Below, piece by piece: positions 8,296-18,055 of a stretch of 62,871 nt of DNA; position 1 is the first letter of the stretch; each line of letters begins with the position of its first letter. Made by a program: the position numbers and the translations under genes. Under the pieces are notes generated by a model, which ran no database searches, was not told where the DNA came from, and was given only the letters and a program-made list of their open reading frames with translations. Source of the stretch: Sandaracinaceae bacterium (GTDB taxonomy: Bacteria; Myxococcota_A; Polyangia; Polyangiales; Sandaracinaceae); assembly GCA_044220955.1 (NCBI GenBank), contig JBGAQA010000036.1:1-62871 (forward strand). The letters run 5' to 3'.

Positions 8296-10590
8296 ATGAA
8301 GACGGTCGCCGCCACCCAGCCGGGCGCGTTCGACGGCGCGGGTACTCGCTTGACCTGGCTCTCGGTCGCGCTCGTCGCGGCGTGCTCGGCGCCGCCGGCA
8401 CCGCGCGAGGACGCCGGGGCGGGCGACGCCGAGATCGATGGAGGCGCGCGCGATGCCACCGCGCTCGACGCGTCCGCCGTCCCTCGCCCGCGCGCCCTGC
8501 CCCTCTCGTGCGCGGCCGCGACCGGCGCCTCGCAGGATCTGCTCGCGCTCGCGCGTCTCGCGGCCGGCCCCACGCGGCGCTCCGGCGGCGTGGTGCGCGA
8601 GGATCACGACGGGCCCGGGACGCTCCGCGACGACGACGACGCCAGCGGCTGGGTGCCCGCGCCGGCAGAGATCGCCACGCTGGAGATCGATCTCGCGCCC
8701 GGGCTCGAGCGGCCCGTCGCCCTCGACACGCTCGCGATCACGTCGAGCGGGCCCGCGCTCACAGACGTGCACGCGTACGTCCTCGAGGCCTGCGGTGGCG
8801 GCGTCGTCGCCGACTTCGCGTGGGCCGACACCGCGCAGCCTCTCTCGCTCGCGGGCACCTGCGGCACGTGCGTGGAGCTCGACCTGCGCGCGGCGAGCGG
8901 GGCGCGCCTCCTCTCCGTCGCGCTGAGCTCGCGCGACGCCACGATCGCGCTCCCGGCAGCGCTGCCGGATCCGCCGGCGACGCCACCCGTCCCGACGCAC
9001 GCCGAGAGCGGCGTGATCGAGGGCTTCTACGGCCCGCCCTGGTCGTTCACCGAGCGCGCCCGGATGCTCGACGCGATCTCCGTGGCCGGCATGGGCACCT
9101 ACCTCTACGCACCCAAGGACGACCCGCTCCACCGCTCCGCGTGGCGGACGCCGTACGACGCCGCGACCGTCGCGCGCTTCGCCACGCTCGCCTCGATCGC
9201 CCGCGGGCGCGGCGTGCGCTTCCTCTTCGGCGTGAGCCCCTTCCTCGACTTCGACGCGTCCGTGGACGCGGACTACGACGCCCTGGCCACGAAGCTGAGG
9301 ACGCTGCTCGACGCGGGCGTGAGCGGGATCGCCATCCTCGCCGACGACCTGCTCTTCGCGAGCGCGCCGACCGACGGAGCGCTCGGCGCGATGCACGCGA
9401 GCGTGGTGACGCGCGTCGTGAGCGAGCTCGGGGCCACGCACCCAGGCGTCGTCGTCTGGTTCGTCCCGACCGTGTACGACGACGCGCAGCTCTCGGCGAC
9501 CCCGCACGGCGCCGAGTACCTGATGGCGCTGCGCGCGCTTCCGCCCGAGGTGCGCGTGCTCTGGACGGGCACCGACGTCGGGAGCACGACGCTCACCGGC
9601 GCCGACCTCGCGAACGTCCGCGCGCTGATCGGGCGCGACCCGATCGTCTGGGACAACGCGTGGGCGAACGACGTCGGCGGCGCGCTCTCGGCGCACGAGC
9701 TCTTGGGCACCTACGAAGGTCGCGACGCGGCGCTGCGAGCGGCGACGCATGGGATCGACGCGAACCCGCTCGTGCAGGGCTCGCTCGCGCGCCTGCCCGC
9801 CGCGATGCTCGGGGCGTGGCTCGCGGCGGGCCGGACCGGGGACGCCGCGCGCTCGGCCGCGGCGGATCTCGAGTCGCGCTACCTCTGGCGTCCCGAGCCC
9901 GACGCGCAGGAGACGCTGGTGCGGCTGATGGAGGCGAACGACGGGACGTTCACCGTGGCGGTCACGCACCGCCGCCTCGAGGGCGCGCTCGGCCGGATGG
10001 TGACCGACGCGGCGACCGGCACGCCTGCGCAGGCCGATCTCGTGCTCGCCCTCGACGCCTTCGCCGGGATGGCCACGCTCGGCGGCCGCGTGCATCACGG
10101 CGCGTTCGACGCCGAGCTGGGCGACGAGCTCGCGTACCCGCTCGCGTCGCTCGCGGAGGAAGGCCTCGCCGGGCTCGCGCTGCTCGACGTGCTCACCGCG
10201 CGGCTCGGAGGCGCCGACCCGAGCGTGGCGGAGGCCGCGGTTCGCGCGCATCGCGTCGCGGCGGGCCGCGCCTCGCGCTTCGCGTGGTCCGACCTCGTCA
10301 CGACGACGCTCGAGGGGCTCGCGAGCGTCGCCGTCGATCGCGGCCTCCGAGCGCCGAGCTCGATCGCGGTGAGCGACCCGACGTGCGTCGCCGGCGTCCC
10401 GCTCACGCTCGACGCGTTCGCGACCGGCGAGGTGCGCGCCTACGGCCTGCCGGGCGCGACGGTGTCGGGCACGAGCGTCTCGTTCACCGCGCCGCACCCC
10501 GGCCGCTTCGCCGCGGTGATCACGGCACGGGACCCGAGCGGCGGCGTGGCGTGGCGGGCGCTGGACGTCGTCTGCGTCCCCGGGCGCTGA
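8296..10590 (+). CDS. GH84 beta-N-acetylglucosaminidase (O-GlcNAcase/hyaluronidase family) lipoprotein
   Basis: GVIEGFYGPPWS, YLYAPKDDPLHRSAWR, GVSP, catalytic AILADD, WTG, IVWDN; lipobox VAAC; start could be TTG 8351. Confidence 0.88.
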   Translation: MKTVAATQPGAFDGAGTRLTWLSVALVAACSAPPAPREDAGAGDAEIDGGARDATALDASAVPRPRALPLSCAAATGASQDLLALARLAAGPTRRSGGVVREDHDGPGTLRDDDDASGWVPAPAEIATLEIDLAPGLERPVALDTLAITSSGPALTDVHAYVLEACGGGVVADFAWADTAQPLSLAGTCGTCVELDLRAASGARLLSVALSSRDATIALPAALPDPPATPPVPTHAESGVIEGFYGPPWSFTERARMLDAISVAGMGTYLYAPKDDPLHRSAWRTPYDAATVARFATLASIARGRGVRFLFGVSPFLDFDASVDADYDALATKLRTLLDAGVSGIAILADDLLFASAPTDGALGAMHASVVTRVVSELGATHPGVVVWFVPTVYDDAQLSATPHGAEYLMALRALPPEVRVLWTGTDVGSTTLTGADLANVRALIGRDPIVWDNAWANDVGGALSAHELLGTYEGRDAALRAATHGIDANPLVQGSLARLPAAMLGAWLAAGRTGDAARSAAADLESRYLWRPEPDAQETLVRLMEANDGTFTVAVTHRRLEGALGRMVTDAATGTPAQADLVLALDAFAGMATLGGRVHHGAFDAELGDELAYPLASLAEEGLAGLALLDVLTARLGGADPSVAEAAVRAHRVAAGRASRFAWSDLVTTTLEGLASVAVDRGLRAPSSIAVSDPTCVAGVPLTLDAFATGEVRAYGLPGATVSGTSVSFTAPHPGRFAAVITARDPSGGVAWRALDVVCVPGR

Positions 10591-10593
10591 CGC

Positions 10594-10775
10594 TCACTCG
10601 ATCACCCGGATCACGATCGCGGTCGCGTTGTCCCGCGAGCCCGCCTCGATCGCGCGCGTCACCACGCGGCCCGCCGCCTCGCGCGGGGAGAGGCGCGTGA
10701 GCAGATCGCCGAGCTCGCGACGGCGGCGTCGTGGAACGTCGTCGCGCGCCCGACGTAGAAGCGCTGGGCGCTCAT
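10594..10775 (-). pseudogene. Internally deleted PP2C-family phosphatase remnant
   Basis: C-terminal ELGDLLTRLSPREAAGRVVTRAIEAGSRDNATAIVIRVIE* is typical of PP2C; an out-of-frame ATG (MSAQRFYVGRAT) lies just upstream. Confidence 0.6.
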
Positions 10776-10787
10776 GCGTGCGGTGGC

Positions 10788-11378
10788 TCAGCCGCCGGCG
10801 CGCGCCAGCGCGGCGTCCATGCCCGCGATCAGCGAGGCGGGCCCGTTCTCGTCGTAGAAGTAGCGGAACCGTGGGTTGAGCGCCGTCACCGGCATCGGGG
10901 TCCCGTCGGGCGCGAGGAAGTAGGTGCGAGGGACGTAGTGCCCGTCGACGACGTAGCGCGCCGCCTCTTCGCGCTCGACGTCCGAGTCCAGGTGCACCAT
11001 CACGAAGCGCTGCGCCCGCTGGACGACGCCGGCGTCCTCGAACACGTGGCTGTACGTGCGGCAGTGGCCGCACCACGTCGCCGACACGACGAGGAGCACC
11101 GGAAGCGACTCGCGCCGAGCGCGCGCGAGCCCCGCCTCGTACGGCTCCCAGCGGATCTGCGCCTCGTTCCAGCCCTCACGCGAGGGCTCGGCCGCCGGCA
11201 CGTGCGCGGGCTCCTCGGAGGGCGCCGTGGCCGGTGGCGGGTCGATCGCGGGCGCAGGCTCGGGACGCTCCACCGCTCCGCCGCGCTCGCCGTGCACGGC
11301 ACGCAGACGCGGCGTGCCGGCGTCGCATCCGACGGCGAGCCAGGCGAGCACGAGGAGCCCGAGAGCGTGTCGAGACAC
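10788..11378 (-). CDS. Thioredoxin-family lipoprotein
   Basis: Lipobox AVGC; WCGHC active site; cis-Pro motif YVPRTYFL. Confidence 0.85.
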   Translation of the reverse strand: MSRHALGLLVLAWLAVGCDAGTPRLRAVHGERGGAVERPEPAPAIDPPPATAPSEEPAHVPAAEPSREGWNEAQIRWEPYEAGLARARRESLPVLLVVSATWCGHCRTYSHVFEDAGVVQRAQRFVMVHLDSDVEREEAARYVVDGHYVPRTYFLAPDGTPMPVTALNPRFRYFYDENGPASLIAGMDAALARAGG

Positions 11379-11418
11379 GCCCGACGCGTAGCAGGCGCGC
11401 GGGCTCACGACCATCCCC

Positions 11419-13071
11419 TCAGGCTGGCAGGGCACGATCGAGGCTCGGCGAGACGACGACCACGTCGCCGGCGCGGGCGCTGCCGAGCGCGCGCCGGAGG
11501 GCCGAGGCCTCGTCCCTCGCGCGGGCGATCGCCGCGGGCGCGAGCCCCGCGCGGCGCAGGGCGCGCACGAGCACGCGCGTGATCTCGCCCGGCGCTCGGC
11601 CGCGCAGGAGCGCCTCGGTCTCCCAGACCGAGACGGAAGCGACGCCGGACCGGGCCACCGCCGCGGCGAAGTCCGAGATCGCCGCGTCCGTGCGATCTCC
11701 CGGCTGTGTGAGCACGGCGTGCACGCGCGCCTCGCCCGCGGCGAGCGCGCGCGCCCACGCGTAGAGATCGCGCGCCGCCGCGGGGTTGTGTCCGAAGTCG
11801 AGCACGACGCGGACGCCGGACGCCGTCGTCGCGACCTTCCCGCGCCCGGGGTTGTCGCCCGGCGCGAACGAGCGGAGCCCCGATGCGATCGCCGCGTCCG
11901 AGAGCCCGAGCGCCCAGGCGAGCGCCGTAGCGGCCAGGGCGTTCTTCACGTTGTGTCGCGCGCGGCCTCCGTCCGTCACCGGCACCCGGGTGATCGGGAC
12001 GATCCGCGTCCGTGCGCCGCGGTGCACCCGCACGATCGCGCCGCGCTCGACCAGGAACGTCGTCTCGCCGCGCGCCATCGCCGCGTGCGCCGCCCGCCGG
12101 TCGAGCGCGAACCAGACCCGGGTCGCCGAGAACGTGGGCGCGAGGCGGACGAGCTCCGGATCGTCGGCGCCCAGCACGACCTTGCCGCCCTTCTTCACCG
12201 CGTGACCCACGACGGCCTTCGTCCGGACGAGCGTCGCGAGATCGAGGACGCCGTGCTCGCCGAGATGATCGGGCGTCACGTTCGTGATCAGCGCCGCATC
12301 GACGCCGGTCACGGCGAGCCCGCGGCGCAAGAGGCCACCCCGCGCGGTCTCGAGGATCGCGATCTCGACTCGCGGGTCGCGGAGCACGCGCCGCGCGGAC
12401 TCGCCACCGGTGTTGTCGCCCGGCTCCACGATCACCTCGTCCACGGCGACGCCGTCGCTCGACGTGTTCCCGGGCACCCGCCCCGCGAGCTTCGCGATGC
12501 GAGCGACCAGGCGCGTGGTGGTGGTCTTGCCGTTCGTGCCGGTGACCAGCGCGACCGGGATCCGGCCCAGCCTGGACCACGGGACCTCGGAGGCGCGCGG
12601 GATCTCGTCGAGCCGCCACGCGTGCGCACGCGCTCCGTGACCGACGCTCACGCGCTCGTCGTCGACGAGCAGCGGCACGCCGCGCCGGCGCGCCGCGCGC
12701 TCGAGCGAGACGAGCCTCTCGTTCCGCTCGGAGGCGAACGCGCGACCCAGCCGGGCGATCGCGGAGCGCCGTGCTCGCCCGTCGCGGCTCGCCGCCAGCG
12801 CCACCGCCGCCTCGACCAGATCCACCGTCGCGAGCAGCGCGTCGATCGGCGCCGGGACGAACACGGCGAAGCCACCGTCGTAGGGCCGCACGCCCACGCG
12901 TCGCGGTCGGGGCCGCCCGAGCGCGCTCGCGAGGTCCACGCACGCGGCGCGCACCGCCGCCACGACCTGCGCCGCGTCGTCCCCCCCCTCGAGCGCGACC
13001 TCCGCGAGCGCGCCGGGGCCCTCGGCGCCGAGGCTCGGCCCGCGCAGCCGCCGCGCATCCACCAGACGCAC
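11419..13071 (-). CDS. Cyanophycin synthetase-like protein: reduced N domain plus Mur-ligase (M) domain, no ATP-grasp domain
   Basis: RRLRGPSL N-terminus as in CphA; IPVALVTGTNGKTTT, LETARGGLLR, NVTPDHLG, PGR, LDFGHNP, PGDR. Confidence 0.85.
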   Translation of the reverse strand: MRLVDARRLRGPSLGAEGPGALAEVALEGGDDAAQVVAAVRAACVDLASALGRPRPRRVGVRPYDGGFAVFVPAPIDALLATVDLVEAAVALAASRDGRARRSAIARLGRAFASERNERLVSLERAARRRGVPLLVDDERVSVGHGARAHAWRLDEIPRASEVPWSRLGRIPVALVTGTNGKTTTTRLVARIAKLAGRVPGNTSSDGVAVDEVIVEPGDNTGGESARRVLRDPRVEIAILETARGGLLRRGLAVTGVDAALITNVTPDHLGEHGVLDLATLVRTKAVVGHAVKKGGKVVLGADDPELVRLAPTFSATRVWFALDRRAAHAAMARGETTFLVERGAIVRVHRGARTRIVPITRVPVTDGGRARHNVKNALAATALAWALGLSDAAIASGLRSFAPGDNPGRGKVATTASGVRVVLDFGHNPAAARDLYAWARALAAGEARVHAVLTQPGDRTDAAISDFAAAVARSGVASVSVWETEALLRGRAPGEITRVLVRALRRAGLAPAAIARARDEASALRRALGSARAGDVVVVSPSLDRALPA

Positions 13072-13081
13072 GCCCGTCTCC

Positions 13082-15874
13082 TCAGTCTTCGGACGCGCTG
13101 CTTCGCGCGAGGCGCACGCCGCGCTCGTCCTTGACCACCTGGAGACCGACGAGCGTGATCGCCGCGTCGACGGCCTTCGCGGCCTCGGGCGGGCGATCGC
13201 TCGGGCGGCGCGTGCTCGCGACCGGCGGCGCGTCCCCCTTGAACTTCGTGATCTGCTTCCACGCGCGGCTGATCTTGTCGGCGAGGACCAGCACGAGGTC
13301 GCCGCGCTCGGCCAGGCGCAGCGCGTGATCCACGGCCTTCTCTTCCTCGGCGATGACCTCGACCGCGCTGCTCTTCATGCCCGCAGCGAGCAGCGCCTTC
13401 TTCATCAGCTCGGGCACCTCCATCGAGGCGCGCCCGCGCGTGTCGTCGTCCTGCTTCACGATCACGTGATCGAAAGCGCCCGCCGCGATGCGGCACATCG
13501 CCTCGATGTCCTCGTTGCGCCGATCCCCGGGCGCAGCGAGCACGAGGATGCGGCGACCCGTGACCTCGAGCTTGAGCGCGAGGTCGGCCATGACCTGCAT
13601 CGCGGCCGGGTTGTGCCCGTAGTCGAGGATGACCTTGAAGGGCAGCTGGTCGTACACGTTGAGCCGCCCCGGCGCCTGGAAGTACGTCGTGTCGAACGTG
13701 CGCAGGCCCTGCCGGATCGCGTCGGCCTTCACGCCCATCGCGTGCGCCATCACGGCGGCGAACATCGCGTTCTGGACGTTGTGCGTGGCCTTGCCCTCGA
13801 GCGTCGCCGGGATGAGGTGCGTCCAGAGGAGCGGCTGGTGCGCGCCCTTGTCGTAGAGCGTGATCATCTGCCCGTTGATGCCCTCCTCGCAGACGATCGC
13901 GAGGCCGCCGCCCTGGATGTGCTGGCGCACGAGCTCGTGGCGCGGGTTCATCGTGACGTAGCCGATGCGCTGCGCCTCGGTGTGATCGGCCATCCCGAGG
14001 CAGAGGGGATCGTCGGCGTTCAGGATCGCGGTGCCCTTGGCGACCTCGACCACGATGCGCTTGAGCTGCGCGAGCTGCTCGACGGTGTCGATGCCGTGCA
14101 GGCCCAGGTGGTCGCTCGTCACGTTGAGCACCGCGCCGACGTCGCAGTGGCGGTAGCCCATGCCTGCGCGGAGCAGCCCGCCCCGCGCCGTCTCGAGCAC
14201 CGCGAGGTCGACCGTCGGGTCCGCGAGCACCATGCGCGCCGCGGTCGGCCCGGTCATGTCGCCCGCGAAGGTGCGGTTGCCGTCCACGTACACGCCGTCG
14301 GTCGTCGTGAGCCCGACGATCGCGCCGTGCATCTTGTGGATGTGCGCGAGCATGCGCGCCGTCGTCGTCTTGCCGTTCGTGCCCGTGAGCGCGGCGATCG
14401 GGATGCGCGCGTTGGTCCCCGCGGGAAAGAGCATGTCGATCACGGCCTTGCCGACGTCGCGCGGCTTTCCCTCGGTCGGTGCGACGTGCATGCGGAAGCC
14501 GGGCGCCGCGTTCACCTCGCAGATGCCGCCGCCCACGTCGCGGTAGCTCTGCGTGATGTCGGGCGTGATGAAGTCGACGCCGATCACGTCGAGGCCGATC
14601 GCGCGGGCGGCGCGGACGGCCATCTCGCGGTTGTCGGGGTGCACGACGTCGGTGAGGTCGATCGCGGTGCCGCCGGTCGAGAGGTTGCCCGTGCCGCGCA
14701 GGAAGACGAGCTCGTCCTTCGCGGGGACCGTCGACAACGTCTTGCTCGCGCGCTCGAGCATGCGCTCCGCCTCGTGGTCGAGCTCGAGGCGCGTGAGCAC
14801 GTTCTCGTGCCCGATGCCGCGCCGCGGATCCTCGTTCACGATCTTCACGAGCTCGGCGACCGTGTGCTTGCCGTCGCCGACGACGTGGCCGGGCACGCGC
14901 TTGGCGACCGCGATGAGCTCGCCGCCCACGACCAGCATGCGGTGGTCGTAGCCCTCGAGGAAGGTCTCGACGAGCACGCTGCGCGAGTGCTCGCGCGCCT
15001 TCACGAAGGCGACCTTGATGGCCTCGGCGTCGCGGATGTCGGTGGTGACGCCGCGCCCGTGGTTGGCGTCGAGGGGCTTCACGACGACGGGGTACTTGAG
15101 CTTCTCCGCGGCACGGACGGCCTCCGCCTCGTTGCGCACCCAGCGCTGCCGCGGCACGGGCAGGCCGAGATCGCCGAGCAGCCGGTTCGTCTCTTCCTTG
15201 TCCGACGCGAGCTCCACGCCGATGTGCGAGGTCTGGCTGGTGATCGTCGCCTGGATGCGCTTCTGCCACTTGCCGTGGCCGAGCTGGATGAGCGAGCGGC
15301 TGTTCAGCCGGAACCAGGGGATGCCGCGATCCTCGCAGGCGCGCACGAGCGACGCCGTGGACGGGCCGAGCTGCTTCTTCTGCGCGTACTCGACGAGCGA
15401 GCGGATCTCGGCCTTCGCGTCGAACCCCTCGGGGAGCACACCCTCCTTGCGGAGCTTGGCGGGCAGGAGCGACTCGAGGACCTGCTGCCCGAGATCGACC
15501 GCCGCGAGGCCGACGTTCTCCTCCTCGTACTCGAAGACGACGTGGTACTCGCCGTCCTTTCCGGTGCCGCGCGTCTTGCCGAAGCTGACCTTCGCGCCGG
15601 TCAGGACCTGCAGCTCGATCGCGACGTGCTCGAGCACGTGCCCCATCCAGGTCCCGCCGTCCTCGCGCAGTCGCCGCACGAAGCCTCCGTGCGCGCCGTA
15701 CGAGCAGCCGTGCTTCTCCAGGCCCGGCAGCACCTTCAGGAGGCCGTCGACGAACCCGTCGATCTTCCCGCTCGGGTGATCCTCGAGCGACTCGAGGTCG
15801 ACGGTCAGGCGCACCACGGGGAAGTGCGCGTAGAGGTTCGGTCCGACGTAGACGCGGCGCTCGAGGATCTGCAT
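13082..15874 (-). CDS. cphA: Cyanophycin synthetase CphA1
   Basis: GPNLY, C..GTWMGHVLEH, LGPST, ATP-grasp VVVKPLDANHGRGV and EVNAAPG, M domain GTNGKTT and DYGHNP; 930 aa. Confidence 0.97.
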   Translation of the reverse strand: MQILERRVYVGPNLYAHFPVVRLTVDLESLEDHPSGKIDGFVDGLLKVLPGLEKHGCSYGAHGGFVRRLREDGGTWMGHVLEHVAIELQVLTGAKVSFGKTRGTGKDGEYHVVFEYEEENVGLAAVDLGQQVLESLLPAKLRKEGVLPEGFDAKAEIRSLVEYAQKKQLGPSTASLVRACEDRGIPWFRLNSRSLIQLGHGKWQKRIQATITSQTSHIGVELASDKEETNRLLGDLGLPVPRQRWVRNEAEAVRAAEKLKYPVVVKPLDANHGRGVTTDIRDAEAIKVAFVKAREHSRSVLVETFLEGYDHRMLVVGGELIAVAKRVPGHVVGDGKHTVAELVKIVNEDPRRGIGHENVLTRLELDHEAERMLERASKTLSTVPAKDELVFLRGTGNLSTGGTAIDLTDVVHPDNREMAVRAARAIGLDVIGVDFITPDITQSYRDVGGGICEVNAAPGFRMHVAPTEGKPRDVGKAVIDMLFPAGTNARIPIAALTGTNGKTTTARMLAHIHKMHGAIVGLTTTDGVYVDGNRTFAGDMTGPTAARMVLADPTVDLAVLETARGGLLRAGMGYRHCDVGAVLNVTSDHLGLHGIDTVEQLAQLKRIVVEVAKGTAILNADDPLCLGMADHTEAQRIGYVTMNPRHELVRQHIQGGGLAIVCEEGINGQMITLYDKGAHQPLLWTHLIPATLEGKATHNVQNAMFAAVMAHAMGVKADAIRQGLRTFDTTYFQAPGRLNVYDQLPFKVILDYGHNPAAMQVMADLALKLEVTGRRILVLAAPGDRRNEDIEAMCRIAAGAFDHVIVKQDDDTRGRASMEVPELMKKALLAAGMKSSAVEVIAEEEKAVDHALRLAERGDLVLVLADKISRAWKQITKFKGDAPPVASTRRPSDRPPEAAKAVDAAITLVGLQVVKDERGVRLARSSASED

Positions 15875-15878
15875 CGAC

Positions 15879-16712
15879 TCAGCTCTCCTGGCTCGGGGGT
15901 GGGAACGCCTTGCGGGACTGGAGATCGAAGCGACCGCCGCTCGGCAAGAGGTGGATGCGGACGCCCGTCATGCAGATGACGTCACCGACGTCCGCGGACG
16001 AGACCGACGAGTGCTCGATCGAGCCGGCGTCGACGACGGTGATCGCGCCCGCGCCCAGCACGTGCACGACGTCGTCGCAGTCGATGAACGCCGCGGTGTC
16101 CTCGTCGAGGCCGAGACCGACCGCGAAGGGGTTGTAGGAGAGCGCGGTGAGCAGGCGCCCGATCCGGTCGCGCTGCCGGAAGTGCTGGTCGATCACCACG
16201 CGGTTGGTCAGGCCCATCCCGGGCGCGAGCGTCGCCATGCCGGCGCGCGGCGTCGCGCCCTCGGCGCCGAAGGCGATCATGTGCTCGCTGAGGATCGCCG
16301 CGCCCGCCGAGGTGCCGCCGACGGGGACTCCGCGCGCGTTCATGCGGCGGATGGTCGTCGCGACCATGGTGCCGCCGAGCACCGTGGAGATGCGCAGCTG
16401 GTTGCCGCCGGTGAGGAAGACGCCGGTCGCCGTCTCGAGCATCTCGAGCCAGTCCTTGCGCTCGGCGTCCTCGCGGTTCTTGTAGCCGAGGGACTGCGCG
16501 TCCTTGGCGCCGAGATCCTTGAAGAGCACCTCGTACTTGCGGCCGGTGCTCTCGAGCTGGCTGGCCGTGGGGATGATGGCGATGCGCGCTCCCTCGCCGC
16601 CGCAGAGGGACACGAAGCGCCGCAGGATCTCGGCGCGCCCCTCCTTGTCCTCGGCTCCACCGACCGGGACGATCCAACCACGCTGCTTGTCGACTTCCAC
16701 TCGTGCAGGCAC
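15879..16712 (-). CDS. cphB: Cyanophycinase
   Basis: GGAEDK, IPTAS, TGGNQLR, GTSAGA nucleophile motif, IDQHFRQRDRIGRL, GLDEDT. Confidence 0.96.
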   Translation of the reverse strand: MPARVEVDKQRGWIVPVGGAEDKEGRAEILRRFVSLCGGEGARIAIIPTASQLESTGRKYEVLFKDLGAKDAQSLGYKNREDAERKDWLEMLETATGVFLTGGNQLRISTVLGGTMVATTIRRMNARGVPVGGTSAGAAILSEHMIAFGAEGATPRAGMATLAPGMGLTNRVVIDQHFRQRDRIGRLLTALSYNPFAVGLGLDEDTAAFIDCDDVVHVLGAGAITVVDAGSIEHSSVSSADVGDVICMTGVRIHLLPSGGRFDLQSRKAFPPPSQES

Positions 16713-16748
16713 TTCGCTCTCCCTCGCCCCCGAACATCCAAGAGACTA

Positions 16749-16812
16749 CTCGCTCTCGCTCTCGCTCTCGCTCTCGCTCTCGCTCTCGCTCTCGCTCTCG
16801 CTCTCGCTCTCC
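16749..16812. repeat. Hexamer microsatellite (CTCTCG)n, 9 perfect units plus partial units
   Basis: Perfect units at 16753-16806, between the iadA stop and the cphB start. Confidence 0.95.
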
Positions 16813-16813
16813 C

Positions 16814-17980
16814 TCACGCGCGCTCGAACGTCCCCCGCACCCTCGCCTCGCCTCCGCGCACCATCCACTGGCCGCGCGCCATCACGTCGCTCACGCGCCC
16901 GTCGGGCTCGAGCACCACGAGGTCCGCGTCGCCGCCGACCTCCACGCGTCCCTTGCGCGGCAGGCGCAGCTGCGCCGCCACGCTCGACGTGAAGAACGGG
17001 AGCACGTCGGCGAGCGCGCGGCCCCCCTCGAGCAGCGCGCGCAACGTCGTCACGAGCATCGTCGACTGGCCCACGTCCATCGCCGTCATCCGCCCGTCGG
17101 CGTCGAACACGGGAAGGCACCCACCGCCGTCGGAGCTCACCGTCAGGCGCGTGCGCGGCAGGCCGGCGTCCAGCCAGCGGCCGATCGCGTCCTCCGCGCT
17201 CAGCGCGGGATCGTCGCCCTCGACCGGGAACGCCGTGACGTCGACGGTGAGCCCGCGTCCCTTCGCGAGCCTGCTCGCCTCGTCGAAGAGCGCGGGCTGC
17301 CGGTTCACGTGCGTGGGATGGAACACGCGCGCCGGCAGCTCGGTCTCGGCGAGCGCGCGCTCCACCATCGCGAGCCCACGCGCCCCGTCGCCGACGTGCA
17401 GGTGCAGCACGCCGGCCTTGCCGCTCGTGAGCCCCGCGACGTGGCAGTCCGCCGCGAGCCTCACGAGCTCCTCGAAGGTCGGCTGCGAGGACCGGTGATC
17501 GCTGATCGCCGTCTCGCCCGCGCCGACGATCGGATCGACGAAGACGATGTCGCCGCGCACGGAGCCCGTGAGCGTCCGCGGCGGGACCGCGTAGCCGCCC
17601 GTCCAGCACCACGCGGAGAGGCCTTCCTCCCGCAGCGCGTACGTGCGCGCGACCAGATCCTCCATCGAGCGCGTCGTCGTGTCCGTGCCGAGCAGCCCGA
17701 CGACGCTCGTCACGCCCGCGCGCGTCAGATCGGGGAGCACCCGGGCCGGAACTCGCGACGCGAAGCCGGACTCGCCCCCGCCTCCGCCGACGTGCACGTG
17801 CGCGTCGACGAGACCGGGAACGAGCGCGCGCCCACCCGCGTCGACGACCTCGCACGCGACCTGGCGAGGCGCCTCGATCGAGGGCTCGATCGCCACGACG
17901 CGCTCTGCGCAGACGAGCACGTCGCGCATGCCGAGGGCGCCCGGCTCGAAGACGTCCGCGTTCCGGATCAGCTTCAACAA
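16814..17980 (-). CDS. iadA: Isoaspartyl dipeptidase (beta-aspartyl peptidase)
   Basis: PGLVDAHVHVGGGGGESGF, GVTSVVGLLGTD, GETAISDHRSSQP, HLHVGDG, PTHVNR, SSDGGG; TTG start. Confidence 0.95.
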   Translation of the reverse strand: MLKLIRNADVFEPGALGMRDVLVCAERVVAIEPSIEAPRQVACEVVDAGGRALVPGLVDAHVHVGGGGGESGFASRVPARVLPDLTRAGVTSVVGLLGTDTTTRSMEDLVARTYALREEGLSAWCWTGGYAVPPRTLTGSVRGDIVFVDPIVGAGETAISDHRSSQPTFEELVRLAADCHVAGLTSGKAGVLHLHVGDGARGLAMVERALAETELPARVFHPTHVNRQPALFDEASRLAKGRGLTVDVTAFPVEGDDPALSAEDAIGRWLDAGLPRTRLTVSSDGGGCLPVFDADGRMTAMDVGQSTMLVTTLRALLEGGRALADVLPFFTSSVAAQLRLPRKGRVEVGGDADLVVLEPDGRVSDVMARGQWMVRGGEARVRGTFERA

Positions 17981-18055
17981 AGACCTCTGCTTGTACCACG
18001 ACGCAGCGCGTCGAGGACATCGGCGCTCCGGGCCCGGTGATGGCATCCTTGGGGA

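Noticed and set aside
16504..16992. ORFs with (SL)n, (RS)n or (ES)n tracts
   Set aside because: Translations of the intergenic hexamer repeat overlapping iadA and cphB
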